From NCBI GenBank assembly GCA_030704615.1, contig CM060734.1:26040001-26104000 (forward strand): DNA of 64,000 nucleotides, in the 5' to 3' direction. A program made the translations under genes and the position numbers. The DNA comes from Takakia lepidozioides (taxonomy: Eukaryota > Plantae > Bryophyta). Below, piece by piece: positions 1-12,605 of the stretch. Positions within the stretch are counted from its first letter, which is position 1. Each line of letters starts with the position of its first letter. Below the pieces are notes generated by a model. The model worked only from the letters and a program-made list of their open reading frames with translations, ran no database searches and was not told the origin of the DNA.

Positions 1-1220
1 CTCTTCCATGGTACATTGAACATACAAGCCAAGTCTCAAAGCGAACAAAAATGATTTGGATGGACAACCATCCGTTCACCCATTGAATGTATTCTGTTGG
101 ATCTGCTATTACTTTACGACCTGTTGGACTGCATTTCGCGCGCTCATGTTTTTTTTTTTCATTCCGTTTTTTAATGGGGGCGTGTGATGACTCCATATGC
201 AACGTGCATGCAAAATTTGGGAGCGGTCAAAAATCATTTGGACCCAAAACCACAATTTCTTGCCCGTTTTGCACTCCAAACTTGATTTGTGCTCTACTTC
301 ATGCACTTTTCATAGGAGAGTTCTGCAATAGTGAGCGAAGAGAACACTTTTTTTTGGGGCATTTTTTATTGGTCCAAATTTCGGCGGGGAGTAGGAGTGG
401 GATGCTTGAAGCCGCAGAACAAAAATGAGCCAAAAACAAAATCGATACGTGCCAGAAACCCGGATGAAAGGCAGTGCAAACCTATTTATTGGCTTAAAAT
501 TAATTTAAATTCAATTACATTCTGGAATGGCTTGGTGTCGATGGGGAGGCAAATGATTTATTCGTCTCTTGTGTCTTCGCACATGTGTCGCACACATGTT
601 CAAGCACATGCGGGTAAAAGTGGGGCTTCAACCACATCCGTTCAATGGGTGCAATAGCCGTGCACGCATTGCAGGATTTCTTTTTCGCAATGAACAAAAA
701 CCAGATGACAATTGAACGCCTCATTGGCCCATTGAACGAATTTCGATTGATCTTGTATTACACTGGGACCTATCAGAGGGTACATTGAACACACTGGCCA
801 AGTCTCAAAGCGAACAAAAATCATTTGGATGGGCAACCATCCGTTGGCCCATTGAACAAATTTCGATTGATCTCATATTACTCTGGGGCCTCTTCAATGG
901 TACATTGAACATATTGGCCTAGTCTGAAAGCGAACCCAAATCATTTGGATGGGCAACCATCCGTTGAGCCATCGAATGAATTTCGATTGATCTGATATTA
1001 GTCCGGGACCTGTGAGAGGGTGTCTCGAACGTACTGGCAAAGTTTGGAATCAAACAAAAATGATTTGGATGGGCAACCATCCGTTCACCCATTGAATGTA
1101 TTCTGTTGGATCTGCTATTTCCTTGGGACCTGTTGGACTGCGTTTCGCGTGCTCATTTTTTTTTTTTTCATTCCGTTTTTGAATGGGGCGTGTGATGACT
1201 CCATATGCAACGTGCGTGCC
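1..1220. repeat. Diverged ~120-bp tandem monomers within a ~1009-bp higher-order duplication
   Basis: Motif (c)cgttggcccattgaa recurs at 721, 841, 961 and 1081 (120-bp period). Bases ~1-210 are repeated at ~1010-1219. Confidence 0.85.
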
Positions 1221-2512
1221 ATACTATTCCACATGGATGAAAAATCTTAGAGGCAAATGAAAGCTGTCTTTTCGTCCATCCAATTGGATGACCAGGTGGC
1301 ACGAGTTGTTATTTCATCCATCCAGCTCGTCAAGGCGAATTCCAAGATTTTTCATCCATCCAAGAAGTAGAAATGCAAATAATAGCCCTTGTGAGTGCCG
1401 TCGACTGAATAATTTGGCCCTGCTGCTTATCACCTCCATAAATCACCAAACTTGGTGAAAAACTACAATTATATACCCCGTATCAGCCTATAAATTCTCA
1501 TCTCCATCGGTGGTAAGAAGTTGTGCTTCTCGCCATTCGTCGTATTTTCGCTACACACATATTTTGTGGTATATTTGGAAATCAAATCCCTGGTGATGGC
1601 TCTGGGGACTTTGACCCTGCCACTGCGTCATAGATTGTCCGGAGTCCCCTCTAGTTGTCCCGCACCGCTAACAAGTCCACGCTTCGCCGTTTGAAGTCGT
1701 CCTGACTTGCTGTCATTCCGATGCGGCCAATTGCTTTGTTGCGATATTTCATCGCTATACATGTCGCTTCCACCAATTGCCAAGCTCCTTGCCATGTGTT
1801 CCTACTGGACTTGAAAGGCGGGAGAAAAGAGAGATCGCAATCTGGGAGTGGAACAGTCGTCCTGTATTGTTCGAACATGATTAACTCGCCGTTTCTGGTA
1901 CCGAATTGGCAGCCTAACCTTGCGTCGATGCAGCTTCCTACGGTCATCTTGACGCCAGAGTTCCACTCCATGGTCGTCGCAGACACTGTCTAATTTCCTA
2001 CATGCTTTACCAATGATTTCCAGATAACTAACAAACTACTTTGTTTTGGCAGTGCAATGCCGAAACCGCTTGTCTTACGATAAAAAACGATCTGAAAAGA
2101 AAAGTGTACCAATATATGCATCTACACCGACATCATCGGACCCATCCCAATCGTCGGAGTTGGAGTCCCTCGTGGCGTCGGTGTCATGCACATGGTAGAC
2201 GATTTCTCACACACACTAAAAAACCTGCTCCTTTGGGATATGTTCATATGCTCTATCTGGGATGGAACGGGTCAGTGCCAAAGGTCTCATCAAAGAAGCT
2301 TTGAATTTTTTTGAATAGCTTAGTTTATGTCTATTGTTTGAGGATGTTGTGTTTGGATGAACTTACCACAAGCAGTGTAATCTGGAATACTACACTTTCT
2401 TCATCTTACTGGACGTTCCTTATTCTCTAGTTTTCAATACCTATACTTCATTTATACTTCATGGGTTCATTCATGATCATTAACATCTATCCTCAAGTGG
2501 GATGAACACTAG

Positions 2513-3352
2513 GATGCCGCGACTTATGTGTTGCTATCAAACATCTATGCTACAGCTGGCAAGTGGGATGATACTGCAAAGGTGAGGGGATTGCCATTTT
2601 GTCAGCCATCAGCGATCAGTATGACGTGGACATACGAAAAATGGCCGCGTGGCAAAGGGTCGTCCATTTTTTTTCTTTCCGGGCTGCCCATAAATCCAAA
2701 ACTGAATGATAGTCGTTTTCCAGTAGGAAATGAATGAGAACAACACTATATTGCTTGTCAACATCGGATAACTAACATCGACACCTAACAAGGTAAGATA
2801 CAAAACCCTTTATCACATAAGGCTGGCAAAGGCGGGGTATGAGTTGTGGAATTAAGGGACAACAGTCGTAGGCTAGATGGCCGCGGAGAACACCTTCGTT
2901 GGCCAAAGGTGGAGGATGAAGAAGATGATCGGGGTGAAGTTGGGAAAAATGAGAATTTTTGTTTTAAAATAAAATAAAATAAAATAAAAATATACTAACA
3001 TTGCTTTATCATCCTCCACCTTCGATGGACGAAGGTACGGGGTGAAGTGGGGAAAAATGATAATTTTTGGAAGCGCCATGGCTGAGCGAATGTTGTCACC
3101 TTCGTTAGTCAAAGGTGCAGTTTTTGGGCAGGGGCAAATGTTCGTGCTGACCTTCGTTGACCTTCGTCACTGATGGAATTGAGCTGTTTACTGACAGAAT
3201 ATGAGCTCTCCAAATGTGAGAAGAATGATGAGGTCGGAGGGGTTAGAAAAGAGCCAGGTCGCTGCTGCATTGAGATTGGCAACAGGGTGCACACCTTCAT
3301 TGTAGATGACAAGTTGCATCCCATAATTAAGGATATCCATGCTAAGCTGAGA
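2513..3352 (+). pseudogene. PLS-class PPR protein E/E+ domain remnant, split by an insertion
   Basis: 2513-2586 reads DAATYVLLSNIYATAGKWDDTAKV (E motif). 3221-3352 continues RMMRS-(frameshift)-GVRKEPGRCCIEIGNRVHTFIVDDKLHPIIKDIHAKLR (E/E+ motif). Confidence 0.85.
2587..3211. mobile_element. Non-autonomous Mutator-like (MULE) element
   Basis: 9-bp flanking duplication aaaggtgag (2578-2586) / aaatgtgag (3212-3220). Degenerate GG-starting TIRs (ggattgccattttgtcagccatcagc vs rc ggagagctcatattctgtcagtaaacagc). Removing it rejoins the PPR motif. Confidence 0.65.
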
Positions 3353-4290
3353 GGCATTGGGTTTTGCAGAGCCTGTATTTAACAAATTTGACAACCTGCA
3401 GGTTGCGCGAAACTTCTCCTCTTGCATGAGCTGCCACGGCCCTGATATGTCTCTCCTAGCCTTCGATGTGTGCACAGCTGCCTTGACTGGAATATCTCTG
3501 TTTTGGCTTTTGTTGTTTTGTCGCTGGTGGGACATCTCGGCCCGTCAGGCCTGTCTCCTGTGGCCTGCATCCAGACCCTACCTTTTCTTCTGATCCTTGA
3601 CAGCAGGTATTGTGGATTAATGAGATAGGTTGTGAATTTCTGGCCTTGGAGGATTTGTGTTTTATGGGTATGGCCTCGGCGGGTTTGTGACTCTATGGAC
3701 GTTGTGGCCTTGAATGTTAAGGCGGCAGCCTCATAAGGCACCGACCTGCTCTTGTTCAGGCCTGGATTTGGTGTGTAATGGATCATAATGAGGTGTTTTT
3801 GCACACTTTAGCATGGACCTCTTGAAAGACGGGTGTGGTAAGCTATAATGGAATCCTACCTGTATTTTTGGCCTTGTCATGACATCAGGCCCATGACCTG
3901 CAAACCTAGTTTTTTATTTGCCAAAGAGGCTGGATCTCAGTTGTTCAAGATGCTTGTGTGTACATGTCTTGAATTTGCAATATGACAGGCTGATCTCACA
4001 TTCCCTTGACGCCTTGTATGATTACACGTCTTGGGGTGATTACAAATGGTATGGAATCTGTTTTATCATGCCCAAGTGGATCGCTTGGAGGCATGTCCTG
4101 ATTCTGAAATATTGTAGGCTGGTCCTTATGCTTTGCTTGATGCATGACCCTATGTAATAAAAAGCTGATAAGGTAAGGTGCTGCAATCAGTGATTTTGGC
4201 CTTGCCATGATACCAGGCCCGTGACCTGCAATTTAATGATTCATTGGCCAAGAAGGCCGGATCGCGGGTGTTCAAGATGCTTGTGTCCCC

Positions 4291-5887
4291 TACATGAACA
4301 AACCCCGCCCTCCCACCCTGTTTTATCGTGATTGATCGGGTGATGTCAATTCATGGGAAGCTATGACAAGAATGGAAATGTTAGATGGTGCCCTGTTTTG
4401 GGCTGTTTATGTCTTTAATTGACAATGACCCTAGTGGGTCTTGTCCATGTCTTGACATGACATGAATATCTTCCCTCTTTGGTTTGTGTTTTTTTGTGAG
4501 TAGCACAAAAGAGAGGGAGAGAGAGGGAGAGAGAGAGAGAGATCAGGAAACCAAAAAAAAAAAAAAAAGGTGTGGGGGAGAGTGACTGAGCAGCAGCTGC
4601 TTAGTCACTCTCCCCCCCCCACCTTTTTTTATTTACGTTGTTGCCCCCTCTCTCCCTCTCCCTCTATAACTCTTTGGATTTCATCTAGCCTTAACCTTTT
4701 GAGGTTATTTAGTTTTTCATCCCTGCCTTTTTCATCCAAATCTGGATGATCTTATTTTATTATTGGATGATGAAACTTAATATACAGAAAGCTAGAGTTA
4801 CCATCTATTTTTTTCATCTAAACTGGATGATCTACATAAATAATGGTTATCTATTATAAAATCCAAGAGAATAATAAAACTACCATCATAAATGATGGCA
4901 ATTATTAAACCTAAGCCTATACCATAACCCTAAAAGATACATTTCTATGGGATGTCATCCAGTGACAAAATGCCTCTCTTGGTATAATGTGATATTTCAT
5001 CCATCCTGGATAAAATCGGGAAGTTTTGCCCTAAGCAGGCCGACACACTTCACAGCACTGAACTCGTGCTTCAGTGAACCTTGATGATGCGCCGTATAAA
5101 CCTGCTCCCCTGCTGCTACATGGTACTCGTGATTGCTGGCTCTCGGGATGCGCATTGGTGGTTAAACAGATTCTTCTATGGCAGACGACAAAGCCGTGAT
5201 TGCTCTGATCAGGAACTCATGGTTCTTTATTTTGCAGCGGCGCTTTTACTCCTTGTTGGGAAGTACTCTATCCCTATTTATCTACAGATTACATGTTGCT
5301 CTCTCTTTGTGTATGAGCCATTCTCTATCTGTGAACGCTTCTACTCTGATTGCGTTCTGATGGAGACGATCTGTTGGACGCCATGGCGCAGGGCATACCA
5401 CAAACACTCAAGGTTTTTTGAGTTTACCATTGCTTGAATTGTGATCTGTACTTGCTTTAGAATTCAACACTGACATGGATAGCAACTGTGAAGACCTGCC
5501 ATTTACCTGTTGCATCCTCACTAACACACATCGCTATGTGGTGGTTTTTGGGACGGGCACAGGTGAGGGTCTTCACTTGTCTTACCAAACCTGCAATCTG
5601 GTTTTTGAAATGAGTTTAAAATGGATTCTTTAGATGAGATCAGGAAACAAAAAAAAAAAAAAAAAAGGTGGGGAGGGGGGGTAACTGAGCAGCTGGGGGA
5701 GAGAGGGAAGATACTCATGTCATGTCAAGACATGTACAAGACCCTACTAGGGTCATTGTCAATTAAGGACATAAACAGCCCAAAACATGGCACCATCTAA
5801 CACCTCTAGTCTTGTCATGGCTTCCCAATTGACATCACCCAATCATTCATGATAAAACAGGGTGGGAGGGTGGGGTTTGTTCATGTA
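4291..5887. mobile_element. ~1.6-kb segment bounded by ~190-bp inverted repeats (putative TIR element, or two inverted MITE copies)
   Basis: 4291-4478 is the near reverse complement of 5702-5887 (tacatgaacaaacccc...gggtttgttcatgta). Internal hairpin at ~4562-4630. Confidence 0.55.
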
Positions 5888-6236
5888 CAGCTAAAGATTG
5901 CTGCAATCATGCAAAAGGCAATGCATCTTGGGTATATGAACCAGCTTGCAATTTTTACAGATTCAAGACATGCATTCAAGCAAGTGTCTTGGGAATGACA
6001 GTTAGCAGGTGGCCTAGTCTGTGTTTAAGACAGTCAATAGGGGGATTAGTTGCCGGATTGAAGATAGCTTTGTGGGCTCTTTTGGGGTGCTCGTGTAGTA
6101 ATTTGCTAAAGGAAGCAACAATTTTTTTGTGGTTGGCAGTGGCTTTGCATTTGGTGATCGTATAGGCCGCTTTTTTGGCGTCTCGGCCCAGTTTGGATAG
6201 GGAGGCGGCCCACTGGGGGATAGAGGCAGGGTCACT

Positions 6237-7462
6237 CGGGGCCGAGTCTGATGAGAGGGAAAAATAGGCTGCAATAGGTTGAAGAAGAAGGTGCCCTCAC
6301 CACCACCCAACCAGCTAACTTACAGAATTCAACATGCATTCAGGGCTGAGTCTGATGAGAGGGAAAAACAAACAACAATAGGTCAAAGAAGAACGTGCCC
6401 TCACCACCACCCAACCACCTAAGTTTCAGAAAATTCAACATGCATTCAGGGCAGTCTGATGAGAGGGCAAAACAGGCTGCAATAGGTTGAAGAAGAAGGT
6501 ACCCTCACCACCACCCAACCAGCTAACTTACAGAATTCAACATGCATTCAGGGCCGAGTATGATGAGAGGGCAAAACAGGCTGCAATAGGTTGAAGAAGA
6601 AGGTGCCCTCACCACCACCCAATCAGCTAACTTACATAATTCAACATGCATTCAGGGCTGAGTCTGATGAGAGGGAAAAACAGGCAACAATAGGTGAAAG
6701 AAGAACGTGCCCTCACCACCACCCAACCACCTAGGTTTCAGAAAATTCAACATGCATTCAGGGCCGAGTCTGATGAGAGGCCAAAATAGGCAATAGTAGG
6801 TCAAAGAAGAAGGTGCCCTCATCACCACCCAACCAGCTAACTTTTGAATTCATCATGCATTCAGGGCCGAGTCTGTAAGAGGGTAAAACAAGCTGCAATA
6901 GGTTGAAGAAGAAGGTGCCCTCACCACCACCCAACCAGCTAACTTACAGAATCCAACATGCATTCAGGGCGAAGTCTGATGAGAGGGCAAAACAGGCTGC
7001 AATAGGTTGAAGAAGAAGTTGCCCTCACCACCACCCAACCAGCTAACTTATATAATTCAACATGCATTCAAGGCTGAGTCTGATGAGGGGGAAAAACAGG
7101 CAACAATACATCAAAGAAGAACGTGCCCTCACGACCACCCAACGAGCTAACTTACAAAATTCAACATGCATTCAGGGCGGAGTCTGATGAGAGGGCAAAA
7201 CAGGCTGCAATAGGTTGAAGAAGAAGGTGCCCTCACCACCACCCAACCAGCTAACTTAAAGAATTCAACATGCATTCAGCGCTGAGTCTGATGAGAGGGA
7301 AAAACAGGCAACAAAAGGTCAAAGAATAACATGCCCTCACCACCACCCAACTAGCAGACTTACATAATTCAACATGCATTTAGGGCTGAGTCTGATGAGA
7401 GGGAGAAACAGGCAACAATAGGTCAAAGAAGAAGGTGCCCTCACCACCACCCAACCAGCTAA
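6237..7462. repeat. Tandem array of ~12 x 104-bp units
   Basis: Unit ggccgagtctgatgagagggcaaaacaggctgcaataggttgaagaagaaggtgccctcaccaccacccaaccagctaacttacagaattcaacatgcattcag. Ten units span 6341-7381. Confidence 0.97.
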
Positions 7463-8976
7463 AACCTTGGAGGTTTGCCAATGTGCGCCGGTACGTCCAG
7501 ACTTGGAAGCTGAAACACTTCCGCCAAGTACTTCTCCGTCAATAGAATCTGTGTGTCACAGACATTTGTGCTTCGAGTGCTGGTGTTGTAATTCTCCAAG
7601 AACTCCCTGCACAGCTCGTCATGCTTAAGGTTCTAGTCCAGCATGGTGATGAAGTACCGCAGGCCAAGACTATCCAACGTCTCATGTGTCTCTGTGTCCT
7701 ACTCGATTTTCCGCAACGCCGGGCTGATTTTGAAATTCACTTGCGCATAAGAACTTGGTGTCTTCCGCTTGGTGCCTCCCATTTCCCTTAGTTTTGCTGT
7801 TGCTGTAAGGAATTGGAGCACCAATTCCTGTATCAAGAGCAGTATGAAGCACACTGGAAGTTGTGTAGACGGCAATTTCCAGTTTGCGGAAGAGAAAGTT
7901 CTGGGTTTAAGTAGGGGTTCTCCTCTGTAGGCTTCTTCTCTAACTTCTCTCGAGGTTCTCGTGGAGGTAATTCTGTCCTGCTGTCCGCCTAGGTTTAAAG
8001 CGCAATTAGCTTTAATTGTTGGGCTCGGGCTTACCAAGAAGCATTTAGCTTCTGGTAACGGTTTTGAGTAAACCTCATCCCTTTTCTGGATGTGCCTGAT
8101 TTTCTTCGTTGGTGTTTTCTTCGTGGTTTGTCTTGGATTGAACTGATGGTTGTTGATGAGTGTCCGATTTCGGTCAGTTTACGTTCATCCATCTTGGATG
8201 TGTTCATCCATTTTGGTATGTGGTCTGTTTTTAGATGGGCGGCGTGTGCGCAGTACTTGCAGCTTGGTTTAATGGCTTTGCCCTTATCATCCGCCGTCTT
8301 TTGGCAATCCGTTGGATTGCGCCGTCGTTCTTCCTCCGTGTTATGATCGATGGTTAGTGGTGTATGATTACCACGGTTGGTGGGGTAATCTGGAGCGTAC
8401 ATCTTGGAGTTTAACACAAGCAGTGACTCGTTGGCTGCTTCGTATTCGTTCACGGTTCTGTAGGGCATATATGCTGGCCAGGGTTCACCATACGGTATAC
8501 GGGGTGGTAATGATGTCCTCCAAATGAATGGTGGTCTAGCCGTAGTGGTGCCTTGAACTCGTATTGCCACCTGTCTTAGTACATGCCGATTCACCGTGTC
8601 GTGATGAATGTAGTATGCACTGGCGGTTTCACGCTCCTCATCTGCGGTTTGGTCTTCCTCGTTGGCGTATAAGTCATGTATAAGGGCTCTGTCATGTATC
8701 CATTTGTAGCCTTTCAACTTGTTAATATTAATTCGTCCCGCGAATTCTTGTTCCAAGGTCTGCGAATCAACAGTTCCATTGTCATCTACCCTTTTGATTT
8801 GAAATGGTCCCATCCATGACATTTTCAATTTTCCTCCCAGTTTGATCTTCTTGATTTTTGGTAACCATAAAACAATTTCCCCGTCTTGGAACGATTTTTC
8901 TTTCCCTTCGGATATTCTTTTTCTTCATTGTTCTTGAATTCGTGCCATGTTATCTACGGCGTCTGCCCGAACTTGT
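7463..8976 (-). mobile_element. Degenerate Ty3/Gypsy fragment: integrase C-terminus plus downstream extra coding sequence
   Basis: FQDGEIVLW...KLKMSWMGPFQIKRVDDNGTV...ININKLKGY is a GPY/F integrase tail. A long read-through and an ORF remnant containing ELCREFLENY follow. Confidence 0.65.
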
Positions 8977-11332
8977 TGTGCACCTAAGCATCGTGCCACA
9001 ACATACATTGCTGTCCAACCACACTTCATAGCATATAGTCCTAGAAAGCCACGCCACAATCGCCCCCCTAGTTGATGATTAGGTCCCTCTAACACCGGAT
9101 AGCTGGCAGGTATCCACCCCAATAAGATCATCGCTTGGTCTTCAATCGCACAAGTCCCAACACCTGAAGTCGATAGATCAAGAGGCCGGGTGCAAACGTA
9201 GCCCCTCTGAGCTATGTCCGTGACAGTTACGACCTCCACTGCGACCTCTGCCTCCTCTACCTCTCTGGACTACATTGCCTCGTCCTCGGTCACCATTGTT
9301 CCCTTGGAACTGGCCTGGCCATAGCTCAGGATGCAAGTCATATCAATGGGCCTCTTCATGCCCATACTTGCCACAATGCCCACACTGTAGTTGTGTAGGT
9401 TGTGCCTGTGCCGGGCCTTTGCCTCTCTCCGGGCAATCTCTCTTAACATGGGGCCCCCCACAATCCCAACATGTCACACCCGACTGTTGTTGGCCTGAGA
9501 ATGAAAGAAGTGACCTCTGCAATTGAGATCCTCTCTGTCCTTCCCTTGGCTTCGCCTAAGCCCCCTTGTTGCCTTGAGCACGTTGGGGTAGTGGTTGTTG
9601 TTGGCTAGGAGCCCCACTTCGTTGTGTCTCCTTACAAACCCCACCATGACCACTCGCTCCTCCCCCATATTGAGCTCTATCCGCTCTACCAGCAAACACA
9701 CGTTTGCTAAGGTGGGTTGGGCCACTTGTAGGAGAGTTGCATCCCGCACCCTTCTCCTCAGCTCTTTGTCCAATATCCCATACCAGAATTGGAATGCTTG
9801 AGCTTCCGTAACCCCTTGGGTTACATTTATCAATCGCCTCATGCGCGTGTAAGCCTCCCTCAAACTCTTAGTAGGCTTGCGCTGGAACTCTTGCAAGCTC
9901 CGTAATTTCTCCGTCCTTATCCCTTGGTAGTTTCTCCTCAACTCCTCGAAGAACTCCACAACTGGGTTAAAGGCAGGCACGGGTGCTGGTGCTGCAGCAG
10001 GAGCTTGAGTGGATTTCCCAGCTCCATCTTTACTTGTCCCACTACTAGTGCTTGCAGTTGGGGATGTTGGTGTAGCTGTTGGTGTCACCGCCCTTGTGCC
10101 TATAGTGATGGAGACATAGTCAGGCGACCAATATTGTCGCCACTCCTCAATCTCCACCTCATTTCCCCGCCTAAACTCATGGTAGTCATCCATAGGCGGC
10201 CCCTCAAGGTGCTGAAACAGCCCCTTCCACGCCATAAAAGGCATAAACAGTTGTGGATTGCGCATCTGCTGCAAATCACACCAACTATCAAATTCCTGTA
10301 TGAAATCATCAAGCTCGATGGTGCCCACAGCTCCAGAGTACCGACGTGGCCCCTTAGTAGCTCCTTACACAACAATGGCACGGAAATGGCTTGCACCCTC
10401 GGCGAGTATCCTCCTGACTCCGAGTCTGAACCTTCCTCAGAAGACACTGAAGGTGAAGGTGGCCTAAACCCCACACCTTGTCTTGTATACCCACTAGTAT
10501 CGCTGGTGCTCGTACCGCCACTCTCCTCAGCAACTGGTGGTACCTCCGTGATGAAAACTCACACTCAAACCGACTATCAACTTGTCTCTAATCCCCCTTT
10601 CCACAAGGTAACCAGGTAGAGAACCTGTTGCGGCTTATAGTTTGGAATACTATGTTCATAACCTGCACCTGCATCCACCGCAGGCACTCCTATGGTCTGC
10701 TGGTCATCAACCCAACCTCACTATAAGAGAAACAATGATGGTCTGCTGTTCATCACCCCAGCCTCACCACCGACAACACGCTCTAGGATTGGTTGGCCAC
10801 AATATTTCCGGCACAACCACCTATAAAATTAAGCGCCCAAACCAAACTAACATGGTGCACAGTCAAGCATACATGTGTGGGAGGAGGATCCAAACACAGG
10901 AAAACTCAAACAACAACACCTCCCACACCTTAAATCAATCGATCTCCTTGCGGCTCCAATAAACCTGCAAGATGGCCAAGTCTCTATCCAAACTAGCTCT
11001 GCCTCCACTTACGGAAAAGCTTTGGCCTACAAGAATGATGGAAGACTATAGCTAAAGCAATATCTAACCCCAGAATGCTATCATCACATTACTCCCCCTA
11101 TCTTCACACTCACTCTTGCTCGAGCGCAATAGATAAGACTATCCTTAAAGAACCTCTCAAATAACTCTGAGAAGCCCTCAAATTATTGTCATGAACTTCT
11201 GAAATCTGCCCTCAATCAGCCCCTAACATAGACCCACCGAGGTTCAAGAAGTTCGCAAACTTGGACTCCAAACAGTCCACCAAAAGGCCCTAGGCCACCA
11301 CATTCTCCCCACTGAGTGTAAGGCACATGACA
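8977..11332 (-). mobile_element. Family A Gypsy copy A1, internally deleted (putative 5' LTR 11332-10583, gag remnant 10549-9270, short PPT/LTR-like end)
   Basis: Gag is near-identical to copies A2 and A3 (ELDDFIQEFDSWCDLQQMRNPQLF). Putative LTR termini TGTCA...GACA. agggggg tract followed by TG...CA at 9070-8977. No pol and no TSD found. Confidence 0.8.
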
Positions 11333-12605
11333 CAAACATTGCCTTTGTGAGGAGCTCACTTCTTGCCTTGATATAAACCAAGTTGTTTGGACTATGGATG
11401 GGATAGATTGAATGAAAGAGACAGCTCTTTATATCATGGTTGTAACTTGGAGTGATGGCCCTCTCACTTTGGTGGTAGATTCCTCTAACCTGTCCATCTA
11501 GTCAGTCTGTTGAAAGACAAATTGAAAACGAAACTTATTAATACTTTTGGCAAAGCAGCCAAAAAAGAGAGGCAGAGAGGACCTCGCAAACTTGAAGTTG
11601 CACCTTGACAGAGCCCTTACAGCAGCTATGATGTTGCACACATGCTGTTTTTCGCTGTGATCCAGCTTGTACTTCACATTCGCGACATTCCCACTCTTCT
11701 TCAAATCTGCATCTTGAAGAGTTCCTGCATATAAAAATCCTTGGAAATGGTTGTTTCAAGTTGCTGCCATAAATGACATGCCAATCTATACCTCTTGGAA
11801 TCTATGGATGTAGTGTGAAGGTTGGATTGTACATGCATGCATTGACCCAAACATGCTACTTGCTTTGGATTTGCTACTTAACAACTGCATCAGAGGCCTA
11901 GAAACAAAGCAACAATTTCATTGGAGACTCTCACTGTGACTTGTACACGGGAAAGATGCAAAACGGTGGGAACAAGCTCTAATTTGTAATCAAATCTTTT
12001 CATTGAAATGTGGGCCTTGGCAAATGCAAGGATATTACAGGGTTCCCAAGTTTTGCCCACAAGAACAATGTCCTCAAGCCTCTGGCTCCCTTTCCAGACC
12101 TAAAACACAAAACACACTAACACAACCCCCCTCCATTTTTCCTCAGACAATAGGGTCTCAAAGCCAAATCTTTGCAGGCTCCAATGAAGCAGGATACCCA
12201 CAGTCCACAGTCCCATCATAAAAATAAAATGGTGTGGGAACATAAGGGGAACAGAAGCAGCCTCTCTCAGATGGGTTGATGGGAACGCGTTCTTCATGGC
12301 GCCGTTATATGGGAGGAACCATTAGTGCAGGGCACTACTCTTGTTTCTGGCTTCGTGTTTTGGGAGTCCAGCCTCCGGCCTCCTGTCTTGCAGAGAGAGG
12401 GTTTGAGAGAGAATAGCGTTGAGGGGGATACAGTGATGCATCAGGTGTGTTGTGGAGTGTATGCAAGAGAGTATCTGGTGACAGATAGAGAGCAGGGTCT
12501 TGTGATCGACTGTTGAAAAAGGTGGGTGGCAAGTTTCATGAGCGGGTGAATTAGACCAAGCAAGGGGAGAAGAAAGAGAGAGAGGGGGGGGGGGGGGGGG
12601 GGAAG

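Noticed and set aside
6237-7462. Hammerhead ribozyme in each 104-bp unit (CTGATGA followed by a GAGGGC/GCCCTC stem)
   Set aside because: The stem is followed by ACCACC rather than the required GAAA, and no stem III/UH cleavage site can be built.
11340-12000. Possible gene remnant upstream of the HDAC
   Set aside because: Short ORFs with no motif I can recognise.
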